In this document: positions 1-49,707 of the stretch, one piece after another | Layout: each line of letters opens with the position of its first letter | Position numbering within the stretch: the stretch's first letter is position 1 | Assembly (NCBI RefSeq): GCF_006345805.1 | Contig: NC_043010.1 | Span: 65,534,001-65,598,000 of the forward strand | DNA: 64,000 nucleotides | Source of the DNA: Octopus sinensis | Lineage: Eukaryota | Direction: 5' to 3' | Program-made: the position numbers and the translations under genes | Notes under the pieces: generated by a model | Databases searched by the model: none | What the model saw: only the letters and a program-made list of their open reading frames with translations | Told to the model about the DNA's origin: nothing

Positions 1-403
1 CTCAGGGTGGGTTGAGCTGGCTCCACCAAGTTCACCACGTTCCTCATGAATGCTGACCACATCCAAAACTTGCAAATTTGTCAATTGCCCCACTGGCAGA
101 GCGAGTGTGTCGAATGGTGCAGATGCCATAGCCATCATTCGTCATTAAGGTGAAGAACACCTGTTTGAAGTTTCAGTCGGAATATTGTCAATGGTCGCAG
201 ATGATTTGCTGACCAAGTCACCCCCAATTATCAGAGCAAACGTAGCCAGGGTTTGAAGTGATTTCTAGAGACGTTCTTTAACAAGAGCTGAGGGATGCCT
301 CATTCCCAGTAGCCTTCCAGCGTGCCAGACATGAACCTGGAATTTCTGGGGGGGCCCATACTAGAGTTCCCCAGTGTTGGTGTTTCACCAAGTTCATTGT
401 TAA

Positions 404-624
404 CCCTTTAGCATTTAAACCGGCCATATCCGGCCAGAAGTATTCTGCCTGTTTTATGTTCAAACTGGCCAGATCTGGTCTCTCACACTAACCCTACAAT
501 ATCGTTTTAAAAATTCACAGCTACATCATCATAATCTCATAGCTACAAGATAATGCATGATTAGTTCAAAGCAATGTGGATAAAAAAGGATTAATTTTGG
601 CAGAATAATGCGAACACTAAAGTG
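404..624. mobile_element. TTAA-flanked MITE, second family
   Basis: TTAA-CCCTTTAGC...CTAAAGTG-TTAA. Related copies at about 1790-1995 and 29020-29445. Confidence 0.65.
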
Positions 625-2160
625 TTAAAGCCTTGCACCAGAAAAGTTCAAAGATTACTTTTCGAATTTATTTCTTTTGTTCATGATAACTAAAGCAGAC
701 TTTAGAGGTGGATCTCTGCCGTTTGATAAGGATTCACTCGACCAATCAACCAACTCCTGAATTAATGTGTAAGGGGTCGACTATTCCACCCACACGTACA
801 TCCTTAATATAATTCTTGATGTGACACAATGACATGGTTGTACTTTTTGAATTGCTGGTGCAGCCCACCCAGCAGGCTTCTGTACAGTTTTCCATTCACC
901 CAGTTTCATTTACAGGGTAATGGATTGATTAAAGGCTATAAAAAGATGACATTTGCCCAAGATTCCATAGAATGGGATCGAACCTAAGACCATGCAATTA
1001 TGAAGTAATCTTCCTAGCCATTCAGTTACACCCTGCCTACAAAACAGGAAATAATACAACTAATAATAAGGTCATATTGTTTCGTCAAATATCACCATCA
1101 TCTAACGTCTGTCTTCCATGTTGCCTGGGTCACATGGTTTGACAAGGATCCAATGTGTCCAAGGGCTGCATCATGCTCCAATGACTGCTTTGGAATGGTT
1201 TCTACAGCCGGATGCCCTTCCTAATGCCAACCACTTTACAGTGTGTACTGAGTGCTTTTGTCATGACACCTGCACTACTAAGTTCACTATGCAGCTCACA
1301 GAACTACAAACCCTGGGGTAGGTGTTGTGGGTGGTGGGGTAGCCCCATATAAAGTCTGAAAGCAAAGTATCAGAGACAGATTCAAAATGCACCAGACCCT
1401 GGATTGCTATGGTTTAAGAGGCCCAGCCACTGGTATTATTCTCCATGAGAAATTGCCTTGATTTATGTCCCCTTTCATAAGACCTGCTGGCCAAGTATCT
1501 GTAGTCAGTATGTGTTTAGCCTGGGCAAGATATCTCACTCAACCTTGTTTCTGTTCAATCCACACCCTGGATGGACACACTTTTTATTTACCCTGAAAGA
1601 ATGAAAGGCAAAGTTGATCTTAGCAAGATTTGAACCCAGAGCATAGAGAATCAAAACCACCACAAGTCAGTCTATCCAACACACTACCCATTTGCCACCT
1701 TGGTGTTCTCCTTCCTACTGTGACTTCAAATGGCTTTGAGCTTTTTAATCCTCTGAGCTCATTAAAATAAATACCAGGTTGATTTAATTAACCCTTTAGT
1801 CTTCAGATTATTCTGTCAAATACTTAATTGTTTTGCATTAACCAAGCATTATCTTGTTGCTTTGAGATTTTGATGATGTGATTGTTTATTTTTAGAATGA
1901 CATTACAGAGTAGACAGGAGAGACCAGACCTGGCCAAATTGGCTGTAAAATATGTAAAATAATTTGGCTGGTTAAGACCAGTTTAAATGCTACTAATTTG
2001 CAGCCTTGACAACAATGTCAGAAATCATTGGGTTCATTCCTGACACAGAAGTCCACAGGACTACGAGCTATTTATCCATTTTTCAGTTAACAAAGAGTGA
2101 ATTTAGTCTGAACTCACTTGCTGCATGTTAGGTTAATTTTTTTAATATCAATCCACCTCT

Positions 2161-2880
2161 AAGGCGGCGAGCTGGCAGAAACATTAGCAACGCCGGACGA
2201 AATGCTTAGCGGTATTTCATCTGCTGTTACGTTCTGAGTTCAAATTCCACTGAGGTTGACTTTGCCTTTCATCCTTTCGGGGTCGATAAATTAAGTACCA
2301 GTTATGCACTGGGGTCAGTATGATCGACTTAATCCGTTTGTCCCCTCTGTGTGTAGCCCCTTGTGGGCAGTAAAGAAATAGGTATTTCATCTGCCATTAC
2401 ATTCTGAGTTCAAATTCCGCTGAGGTCGACTTTGCCTTTCATCCATTCGGGGTCGATAAATTAAGTACCAGTTATGCACTGGGGTCAATATGATCGACTT
2501 AATCCGTTTGTCTGTCCTTGTTTGTCCCCCCTTGTGGGCAGTAAAGAAATAGGTATTTCATCTGCCATTACGTTCTGAGTTCAAATTCCACCAAGGTCGA
2601 CTTTGCCTTTCATCCTTTCAGGGTCGATAAATTAAGTACCAGTTATGCACTGGGGTCGATGTAATCAACTTAATCCCCGTCTATGTTTAGCCCCTTGTGG
2701 GCAATAAAGAAATAAGAAACGTTAGCACTCCAAGCAACATGCTTAGCAGCATTTCGTCTCTGTTTACGTTCTGAGTTCAAATTCCGCCGAGGTCAACTTT
2801 GCCTTTCATCCTTTCGGGATTGATAAATTAAGTACCAGTTGCGTACTGGGGTTGATCTAATCGACTAGCCCCCTCCTCAA
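2161..2880 (+). mobile_element. tRNA-derived SINE family A, multimeric copy
   Basis: AAGGCGGCGAGCTGGCAG head and GAGTTCAAATTCC B-box in four body units; TSD AATATCAATCCA. Other copies at about 7357-7592(+), 19194-19412(+), 21603-21836(-), 34862-35250(+), 36625-36848(-), 47556-47787(+), 53263-53678(+) and 62468-62693(-). Confidence 0.85.
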
Positions 2881-3626
2881 AAAATATCAATCCATCTGTG
2901 GCCACTCCAAGTCCTAGGATACAAAACCCGGTTTTAAAGTGTTCACATCTAAATTAAAACCTATCTCTTCTAAACACCAGCTCAATTATGGGATAGTTTT
3001 ACTAAATTATTTTTAAAGTTAATTAAAATGCATGGACAGTGTATTTAGTTAGAAATCTGGTCCATTGTCATGTTAATAGAACAGGAGAGGTTCTGAGTGT
3101 TAATTGAACCCACAAGTCTTTGGTTGAAAGTTTAAATATATTTGTCCCTTATGTGATTTTCTACACAAGGAACATAAAATATAGTTTGACTAATAAATGG
3201 GGTCTGTACAAATCAAAGGATCTTGTAGTACTTCTGTATATTTAGGCTCTGGCTCCAGTGAGTTTTGAGTCACCTCCAGTGGATAAGGTGCTAGCTTCTT
3301 GTTAGTATTATTGCCTGATCTGGAGCTAAAAATAGCAACCAAATATCTCTCAAATAACATTCTACCTGAAAGGAAGGATGCAATATGTAGTCCAAGCTAC
3401 CCTATCTCTGAAAAATAAAAGAGGTGGTCATGACTGGAAGACTTTTGATTATAGACCTGCTGAATCTGGACTGACCCAACAGAGCAGGCCTATGATCAAA
3501 AAAAAGATTTTTCTTTTACAAACAGTTTAGTAAAGAAAAAAAGACATTTTCTAAAAGTCCAGTATCATCATCATCATTGACATCAGTAATAAGAGAATGC
3601 ACATTGCTAGAATTAACAGTACAAGT

Positions 3627-3632
3627 TTTATT
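3627..3632 (-). terminator. Candidate polyadenylation signal AATAAA of the V-ATPase B transcript (~1.4 kb 3' UTR)
   Basis: TTTATT on the plus strand at the end of a largely transposon-free AT-rich stretch (3600-5029). A second AATAAA lies at 4074-4079. Confidence 0.4.
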
Positions 3633-4817
3633 TCTTTCCAACAGAAGAAAAAAAAGGAAATATTTCTATCACACAATTATGTCCAACAGGCTTTTAGGAA
3701 AGGTTTAGAAAAAAAATATATATAATAGCCATCCCTACCAAGGAAAAAAAAATCTGCTTGGTTTTTTTTTTTTTTGAAAGGGATGAGAATCATGACAGCT
3801 TTCATAACACTTCTAGAACAATCACTGCCGCCACATTCATTAAAATCAAAGACCAAGTTTTCTTCTTCAAATTCTTTGGACGATAATAAACATTGAAACA
3901 GTAACAGGATTATTGTATTATTACTGAGATTGTCTATAAACCAAATTTTTTTTTCAAAGGGGATAACATCATTTCATGTCAGTAAAAACATTTTTTTTTA
4001 TAGAAAAGTTCTAATTTGATATCTAAAATTAGATGGTTGTTTTAGGGGGTTTTTTTTTAATATATTTTCAAAATTTATTGAAATTTAGAACAGATAAGAA
4101 ATTATTATTATTGTTTGAAATCACTCGTGTAATTATTATTTTAGTCAGCGGCAATAGTTTCTAAAGTTGTAATTTTTTTTTTGTATCAGTTTTTGCCTTT
4201 CTGTTTTCCACATGCATCCAGTGTGCTTAATAACTAGAGAATTTGTATGTGTGCACACACATATATATATATATATATATGTACACGTGTGTGTATGTGT
4301 TTGTGTCAGCAATACAAAGGAGGGTTTTTTGTGTATTAATGAACATCATCAAAAAATTTCAGTGTGTGCCAAGGGAGAGATATGTCAAAGATATACCTAT
4401 TGATTTCAGCCAATGGTGGGCTGCAACACAGAATAATCTGTCTGCATTGGTGTGTGTAAATTTATAGTGAGTGTACATAGAGTGTATGTGTGTGTGAGAG
4501 AAAGAAAAAGTGGGAGATTTTAGTGCATCTGAAGAGAGGATCCACTGCTAAAGCTAATTTTCTGCAGACTAACAAGAATTTGAACAACAACTGCTACTAT
4601 AACGATAATAATAACAACAATGAAGAGATAGAGCATTGAAACCCACAATCAACACCTCTTCATCCTCCCAATATCATACAGCAGTGGATGTTATGCTTTG
4701 GTCCTGTTCATAAGGAGGGTACCCACAGATTTTAAGTTTTTTCTGTTTATATATATATGCATGTGTATCTGTATACATGTATGAGCAATTAATCCTACAA
4801 GATATGTATGTGCACAT

Positions 4818-4851
<34 letters not shown>

Positions 4852-5029
4852 TATATGTAATGACACTGATGTAGAAAACGACAGTGGATGAAATGCCACA
4901 CCACTCATGGAGCTGGCCAAACAGCTATCATGTGGATGGTGTGTATGTGGGGGGTCGGGGGGGTGGGAGTTGGAATGTGTTGTTCAGTGCAAGAACCAGG
5001 AGATTCGTGGTGCAGTCGCAGCAAGCCCT

Positions 5030-41520
<36,491 letters not shown>

Positions 41521-43261
41521 CTTTGATGTTTGGTTGAAATAATTCTATGCCGCGGTGGTTGTGGATGATGAATAGTTATGTTCCAAATTTGCGTGAAAGA
41601 AATGGAATATTTTTAGAGTTGTGAAACAAAATATTCAGTTCTTCATGAGATAAAGAGTTGATTTGTAAAAAAAATAATTAAAAGAAAGGGTGTAAAGGTC
41701 AAACGACTTGTGGTTAATCTCTCAACCAGTTATCGTTGACAAAGATATGGGTTTTTCTCTGGAGGACGACGGCGATCTGGTAATGTTGTCTGTCACGGGA
41801 TGAAACAGGGGCAAGTAACTGCGAAATAAGTAAACAAAGAGGAAGGGGGAGGAAATAGTGAATGGGAGGCGGATGAAGAATGATTATATAAGGTTTTGAG
41901 GAGTGAGTGGGAGGAGGAGATATATATGTGAATGATGTTAAAGGGAGGTAATTCAAAATCGTTGTTGATCCGTCTATTATAATTATTCATTCATATTATT
42001 AGAAAATATCGATCATCGATCTACGAGAAGAAGAAAAGTTGGCCTCGGCGAGATTTGAACACAAGGCGTGGACACAGATAGGCAATTTGTTGGACACTCT
42101 AACGATTCTACTGATCTACCCCCTATGAAGTAGTTTATTGCTATCGAGAAGAAATTGTTGAAGTCGCCTCTGAACAAGCAAACCTATCATCAAAAGCATT
42201 CCCTGCAGCCTTCACTAAAACCTGTCTTCGTTTTGTTTTTTCTCCTTTTTTTATGGGATCCTTTTTCACCACACCGCTGTGATATTATGGAAAAGTTTTT
42301 TTTTGTTTTAGGCTCTTTTTTGTCAAAAAGTGACATTACGTCAATCCCAACTTTATATTAAAGAAATTAAATCTCAAATTAACATTTACTCTGGAATTTT
42401 GCAAACCCTACACCTATATCCTAACCCCACCCTAACCCGAACCCTATTTTAAGAGTACATTTGTTGCTATGACAACAAATAACAAATAGTGGATTCCGTA
42501 ATGAGTTCAAATCCCGCCAGGGTCAACTTTTCTTATTTATCCTTTCATGGAAATTATACCCTTCCTTGAGAAAAAACGACGGGATAGTCACGGTTGAAAT
42601 GATTTTGAACGCAAGATTGATCTTGGTAATGGAAAGAGTTCCATTCAGCATCATTGTTTCTACGTCAGTGACATTATATGAAGAAGTCACCTCGCCAATA
42701 CGAAGAAGCTTCTTCGTAGTCGCTTTATATGCTAGAAATAATAACCAAATCTCCCTCAAATCACTCCTTTCATTCTGTAAAAAAATAGAGGATACATTGA
42801 TTAATGTAGTCCTGAAAAGAAAAAACCGGATGGTTACGACTAGAACGTCTTCAATCATAAATCTGCTTGTTCGGGATTAAACAACAATAATTCACGCATT
42901 TTATATTTACTAATATAAAATGTGTATAAGTAAGATGAGCGGGCAGAATCATTAGCACGCCGGACTAAATGATCAGCAGCATTTCGTCCGTCTTTTAGTT
43001 CAAATTCCATCGGGGTTGGCTTTACCTTTTATCTTTTCGGGGTCGATAAAATAAGTATTATTCAAGCACTGGGGTCGATGTAATCGACTTAGCCCCTCCC
43101 CCCAAATTACTAGCCTTGTACCAAACTTTGAAACCAATATAAGATATATAGTACCAATCAAATACTAGGAACGATTGAACTAACTAATTTTCTCCACTCA
43201 AAACTGCTGGCTTTATGTCGAGAAGCAATTATTAATTTCTCCGAAAAAATAAAATGGTTAT

Positions 43262-43536
43262 TTTTTTTTTTATTTAGTTTCAGCTCACAAGCTGTGGCCA
43301 TGCTGGGGCACCGCCATTTGGTGTTGCTACATGATTTTACTTCACGAATGCTTTTTAGCAATTGCCATCTGGTGCATGAGAGAGTTCGATTCAGCTGCCC
43401 TCATCTGCACCTCCTGCCGTGAAGTTGGTTCATCTGGGACACCTGACAAGAAGAGATCCAGTTTCATTTTAAAGACATCTGCATCCACCCCATGCAGGTC
43501 TCTTAGGTTCTTCGGGAGGATATTGAAGAGCTGTGG
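43262..43536 (-). mobile_element. LINE 3' end (CR1-group-like C-terminus)
   Basis: PQLFNILPKNLRDLHGVDADVFKMKLDLFLSGVPDEP...RAAESNSLMHQ*, a short UTR and an A-rich tail. Confidence 0.75.
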
Positions 43537-44436
43537 TTATGTTTTTTGGGGTTTTTTTTTAAATTAGCATACAAAACCTCATCTGAGTAGAAATAGTCAA
43601 TAAAACAGAATTGTGTGCGTCAAAAAGAAAAGATTCCTTTTTTCTTCTTTTTATACATTAAAAACGTATCCTTCTCTTTTTAAAATGGGAGATATTATTT
43701 ATGGGAAATTTGGCCGCTAATTCTAACAGATTAACCACATTCATGTTACTTCGTAATCCATCTAGACAGATTTACGAAATGGAGCAACAACTGAACGAAG
43801 CAGCTTTGGCCATCCGATTGTGGACAACGGTGTTCTAAGATTTAAAGGCTCGACATTTATGGTCCCTATTCCGTAAAGGATAGTGGGATATTCCTTGACG
43901 GAGATTTAGTCACTTAGTCACAATGTTGACAAAGAACCGGAGAAATTGTATTCACCTGAACAGACATCATTGATTGGTTGAAATTGCCGAAATGCAAGAA
44001 ATTAAACAACAAATAGCTTACAAACTACAGAATTTTCTCAAGAAAGCCAAGAGAAAAAGATGTTTTATGTAACACATTCTACCAGTATACGAAGTTTAAA
44101 AGTAGTTAGAAAGAAATTATTTTTTAAATCTGTCGATCAAAGAGAAAAGATCCCATAATCTCCCAGCATTAGATTGTTAGACACCATGGCAATCGATACC
44201 CTAGTGTGTATGTGTGTATTAATGACGATCATACAAACAAACGATGGCCATGGTTTCGAGTTTCGTGCAAATCAGAGCTTTACACTCGTTTTGAGCGCAA
44301 GACCTCCGCAGCAGCCATTTCTGGTAGAGCTGAACTTAAATCCAAAACGTGCATGTCTAAAGAATGTAATGCGATGCTTTGCACGAAACTCCGAGTTACA
44401 GAAAATGTTAGTCAATATGATCGTTCTTAAACTATA

Positions 44437-44814
44437 CTAGTGGTATCGCCCGGCGTTGCTCGGGTTTGTTTCGACCCTTTAGAATTGGAATTTTTGAAAA
44501 GTAAAAATGTTGCCTTATGTAGCTTGTTATTTTAATTAAGTGAACATTTTTCTGGTCGAAATACACCGAAAAATGGCGACACAGCTGTCAAAAAATCGTA
44601 AAAAATCGGGATTTTCATAGAAAAAAAAAGCACCTTTTTGATGTAAATAATTTTTGGTGTTAACATGGTCCGATTTGAATTTTTTCTTCTATGGAAGGAA
44701 GAGCAAGCCTCCTTCTATCATACTCTCAATTTTGGTCTCGGAGGAGATAGTGTTAGTTGAAGGCTACCAAACACGCCACACACAGACAACTTCAGTTTTA
44801 CATATATATATAGA
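44437..44814 (-). mobile_element. Non-autonomous Helitron, 378 bp
   Basis: The minus strand starts TCTATATATA and ends CACTAG, with a subterminal hairpin CCCGAGC-AAC-GCCGGG. It is inserted between A and T with no TSD. Confidence 0.85.
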
Positions 44815-45783
44815 TTACGCTCTCACTTTATATTCATATAGTTGAGTGCTCTTGAATTTTTGACTGAGCACCACAAAGCATAAAGATATACGTATACTCT
44901 CTTTCTCTCTCATACACGCGCACGCATAAACGGATAGGTATGAATAGAGATTTTCAGTTTTGCCTGTTACAACGTATAATTTAATAAAGATAACAATGTT
45001 TTTGCTTTACTTAGAAGCTTCGTAAAATCTTTCACTTCTCACAATTTGTTAGAATTCTCGACGACCCTCCGTTTTAGCAATCAATGAGTATATCCAGTGC
45101 ATGCTATAAGTAGTCAACTGCGCAATGGACTTTGCGTAATATTTTTAAGAATTCGTCTTCTTTTAAGACAACATTCCATTGCATTGAAACACGACAAAAA
45201 GCTAAACAAACATTCGTTGTTTGATTAGCAGTCACTTGCGCAGCTACTTTTATCTTCCAGAGAAATCGAAGAGAAAGTTGTTTAGGGAGAAAGGAATGTG
45301 GTGAGAACATGACATCTTGTGCATTGTACATTGTGACGGTAACAATAATTACATCGTCATCTCTTTCAGAAAACACTGTTAAGTTAGTGAGTGTAAAAGC
45401 TAGATTAAATAACCTTTTGTCTTGAATTTCTGCCTTGATATTACTAATGTCAATTTAACTCCGATTCTTAAGTATGGTATATGAATTTAACGAAATTAGT
45501 TTGAGGATTGCATTTAACAGTTTATGATTTCCAGTTCAAGCTCTAGCTGTATTGGTTTCGTTTGATTTTGTCATTCTGCAGAATAAGTTTGTCCAATTGG
45601 TTGGAAAGGACATTGATTAAGCTAAATTTTTTTTTTTTCAACTCGTAGGCGCAGGAGTGGCTATGTGGTAAGTAGCTTGCTAACCAACCACATGGTTCTG
45701 GGTTCAGTCCCACTGCGTGGCATCTTCTGCTATAGCCTCGGGCCGACCAAAGCCTTGTGAGTGGATTTGGTAGAAGCCTGTCG

Positions 45784-45840
<57 letters not shown>

Positions 45841-46410
45841 GTGTGTTTGCGTGTCTGTGTTTGTCCCCCTAGCATTGCTTGACAACCGATGCTGGTGTGT
45901 TTACGTCCCCGTAACTTAGCGGTTCGGCAAAAGAGACCGATAGAATAAGTACTGGGCTTGCAAAGAATAAGTCCCGGGGTCGATTTGCTCGACTAAAGTA
46001 AAAGAGTAAGAGTATGTGACAAATCTCACTGACTTCCAGTTCTTTAAAACTGTAGGGGCAGTCGTAAATTGTCAATTCATCCTTTGATTTTCGTTTTCTC
46101 CTCATTGCGACTAACTTCGAAAGAGATATCTGAAATGCTTAGTTCCTGGGTGTTTAGCGGGTATCGAAACCTTAGCCTAGATTGTTCTATTAGCTTCTTT
46201 CCTTTGTTCTCGGCATCAGTACTCGGAAATGTACGAGAGTCAACTGTCGTACTTCTTCCACCTTAGCTAAGCCTTATTCTTTCCCTCGACATCTTAGTTG
46301 AAATTTAGTGACTGATAAACTTATATTCACTTTCTTTCTTCTTCCTGCCTACTTTTAGCTTTCAAACATGTAGAAATTAGCACCTTCCCCATATATTTTT
46401 TAGACAATTA

Positions 46411-46892
<482 letters not shown>

Positions 46893-47555
46893 ATTCGTTT
46901 TCGGTCTTGAACGTCGCACATCTATCTCTTTCTAGCACCTATCTCTTTCTAGCATCGACATTCGACTCAAACATTATCAAATGTTCTGCAACCCTTGTCG
47001 TTACTACCATCTCTTTACCACTGGAAAACAGTCTACCACTTCAGATTCTGCACACCATCCCTGACGAGGGAAAATGTGACGGATAAATGAAGTTCGTAAG
47101 AATTTCCTTTTTTTCTTCTGTTCATTCATTTTGGTGCATATCTCACTGTTCCACAAAGATTTAATTAACCTGCTATTAATTCTAATCACCTCTGAATCCG
47201 TTACATCCATCAGTAACATATGTGGTTTCAGGAAGAATAACCCTCGTGAAGCTGATTTGCTTAGAATACACGTCGTAAAGACTAAGGGATCGATTCTAAG
47301 GCAGTGCTTCTCAAACTCTCTGACGGGAGGTACTGGCAGTCTTTTCCTCCAATATGCGAGGGACCGTTAATATTTCTTAGTAATATTAATTTATACCGGA
47401 AACAATATACATAATAAATATAGCTGAAGATTTTTTTTTATCCGATATTTATTTTGTAAACAAATGATACAATATTACATAAGCATTTTATAACGTTTCT
47501 TTCTTTTCTAGAAACACGCCGCGTACCGGCAGCTGATGGTACATACACAGCAATA

Positions 47556-47787
47556 AGGCGGCGAGCTGGCAGAAACGTTAGCACCCCGTGCGAAATGCGT
47601 AGCCATATTTCGTCTGCCGTTACGTTCTGAGTTCAAATTCCGCCGAGGTCGACTTTGCCTTTCATCCTTTCAGGTCGATTAAATAAGTACCAGTTATTCA
47701 CTGATGTCGGTAAAATCGACTTAATCTGTTTGTCTGTCCTTGTTTGTCCTCTCTGTGTTTAGCCCCTTGTGAGTAGTACAGAAATAG
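47556..47787 (+). mobile_element. SINE family A copy with 17-bp TSD
   Basis: GGTACATACACAGCAAT occurs on both sides. Confidence 0.85.
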
Positions 47788-48147
47788 GTACATACACAGC
47801 AATGGATTAGCCATTAAGCAAAATAAGCGTTTGCTTAGGGTATCAAGTGAAGGTGAGGGACCGCAGAAATGGTAAATGGTTTACGGCACACAAAAAATCA
47901 CATTAAATTTGTTAAAATAATTTTCGAAGAGGTTTATGAGATTGGATCGATAAGTTAAGTACCTGTTATGTACTGGGGTCGATCTAATCGACTGGGCCAC
48001 TCCACCAAAATTTTGTGGTTAGAGTAGAAAAGATTATTTGCATGTACATTACATCTTCAGGTTAGTTTGTTTCATTTTGAAAAATAAAAATATTTTTTTG
48101 TCTATATTTTGAATCACACACACACACACATACATACATATATATAA

Positions 48148-48179
<32 letters not shown>

Positions 48180-48444
48180 AGGCGCAATGGCCCAGTGGTT
48201 AGGGCAGCGGACTCGCGGTCGGAGGATCGCGGTCTCGATTCCCAGACCGGGCGTTGTGAGTGTTTATTGAGCGAAAACACCTAAAAGCTCCACGAGGCTC
48301 CGGCAGGGTATGGTGGTGATCCCTGCTGTACTCTTTCACGACACTTTCTTTCACTCTTTCTTCTGTTGGCCTGCTCGCTTAGCCAACGAACGCATTGTAA
48401 TGTGTAACAACATATGATGGTGTGGTCGGTCACGTGATCACGTG

Positions 48445-48475
<31 letters not shown>

Positions 48476-48555
48476 GGGAACACCAAAATCTTTCAAGGGC
48501 TTAGGGCCTCTATGTGTCTTAATCCGGCCTTGTACATAAATACATACACTTACAT

Positions 48556-48596
<41 letters not shown>

Positions 48597-49140
48597 ATAC
48601 ATACATACATACATACATACATACATACATACATACATACATACATACATACATACATGACATCCAATGCATTACATAACATGTAATGTGTGCATATCGA
48701 ATGTGAAGGGATCGAAGTCGGAGCCACATAGCCTTGAATAGAATTCGTAATCACACAGCTAAGCGTGGTCGTGCCAAACTTTATATTTAAATCAATATCA
48801 AGGCAGCGAGATGGCAGAATCTGTAGCACGCCGGGCAAGATGCTAAGCGGCATCTTGTCCTCCTTACGTTCCGAGTTCAAATTCCGCCGAGGTCAACTTC
48901 GCTTTCTTTCCTATCGGAGTCGATAAAATAAGTGCCAGGTGAACACGGGTCGATGTAATCGATAAATATTCTTCCCTCGAAATTCTGGCCTATAAATGGA
49001 TGTTATATGTGGGTTCAATCCCGCCAAGGTCAACTTTGCCTTTCGTCTCTTCGGGGTTATTAAAATAATGCCCTGCATTGTCAAATAATGATGTCGATTT
49101 TATCATTTATTCTCTAGCCATCCCACAAACCAGTCTTAAA

Positions 49141-49593
49141 TCAGTAATAAATATAAGCCTACTTTCCGCTGTTGTTTAACCTCAAGTCGGCCCTGACCCA
49201 GTGGACAAATCTACGATCAAAAGCATTCTGTCCGCCACTATCGTGACTCCACCCACCCACACACACACAGAGAGGCATACACACTTTCTTAAGATTTACT
49301 TTTCAGGAAATGTACCTCAGATTGCTTTATTTAAGATGTCCCTTTCTTTTATTTAATATGTCCCTTAGAAAGGGACATATTAAATAAAAGAAAGGGATAC
49401 CTTAAATAAAGCAATCTGAGGTATATTTCCTGAAAAATAAATCTTTAAAAACAAAGTGTGCGTATGCGTGTGTGTGTGTGGTGGGGGTCACGATAGTGGC
49501 AGACAGAATGCTCTTGATTGTAGATCTGTCTACTGGGTCAGGGCCGACTTGAGGTTAAACAACAGCGGAAAGTAGGCTTATATTTATTACTGA
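49141..49593. repeat. ~450 bp near-perfect palindrome
   Basis: TCAGTAATAAATATAAGCCTAC...TCCCTT-AGA-AAGGGA...GTAGGCTTATATTTATTACTGA. Confidence 0.95.
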
Positions 49594-49707
49594 CTAGCAG
49601 TATCGCCCGGTGTTGCTCGGGTTTGTTTCGACTCTTTAGAATTGGAATTTTTGAAAAGTAAAAATTTTGCATTATGTAGCTTGTTATTCTCTTTAAGTGA
49701 ACATTTT
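49594..49707 (-). mobile_element. 3' end fragment of the same Helitron family
   Basis: Matches 44437-44550, including CTAG and the hairpin. Confidence 0.8.

Noticed and set aside
1-280. Possible LINE endonuclease relic (LIIGGD on the minus strand)
   Set aside because: A single short motif amid stops is too weak to call.
48178-48255. tRNA-like heads of SINE families A-C as real tRNA genes
   Set aside because: They have A/B boxes but no complete cloverleaf, and they continue into multi-copy SINE bodies.
48281-48880. 199-aa ORF and many similar [12 protein letters not shown] ORFs
   Set aside because: Translations of (TA)n, (TG)n and (CATA)n microsatellites and SINEs.
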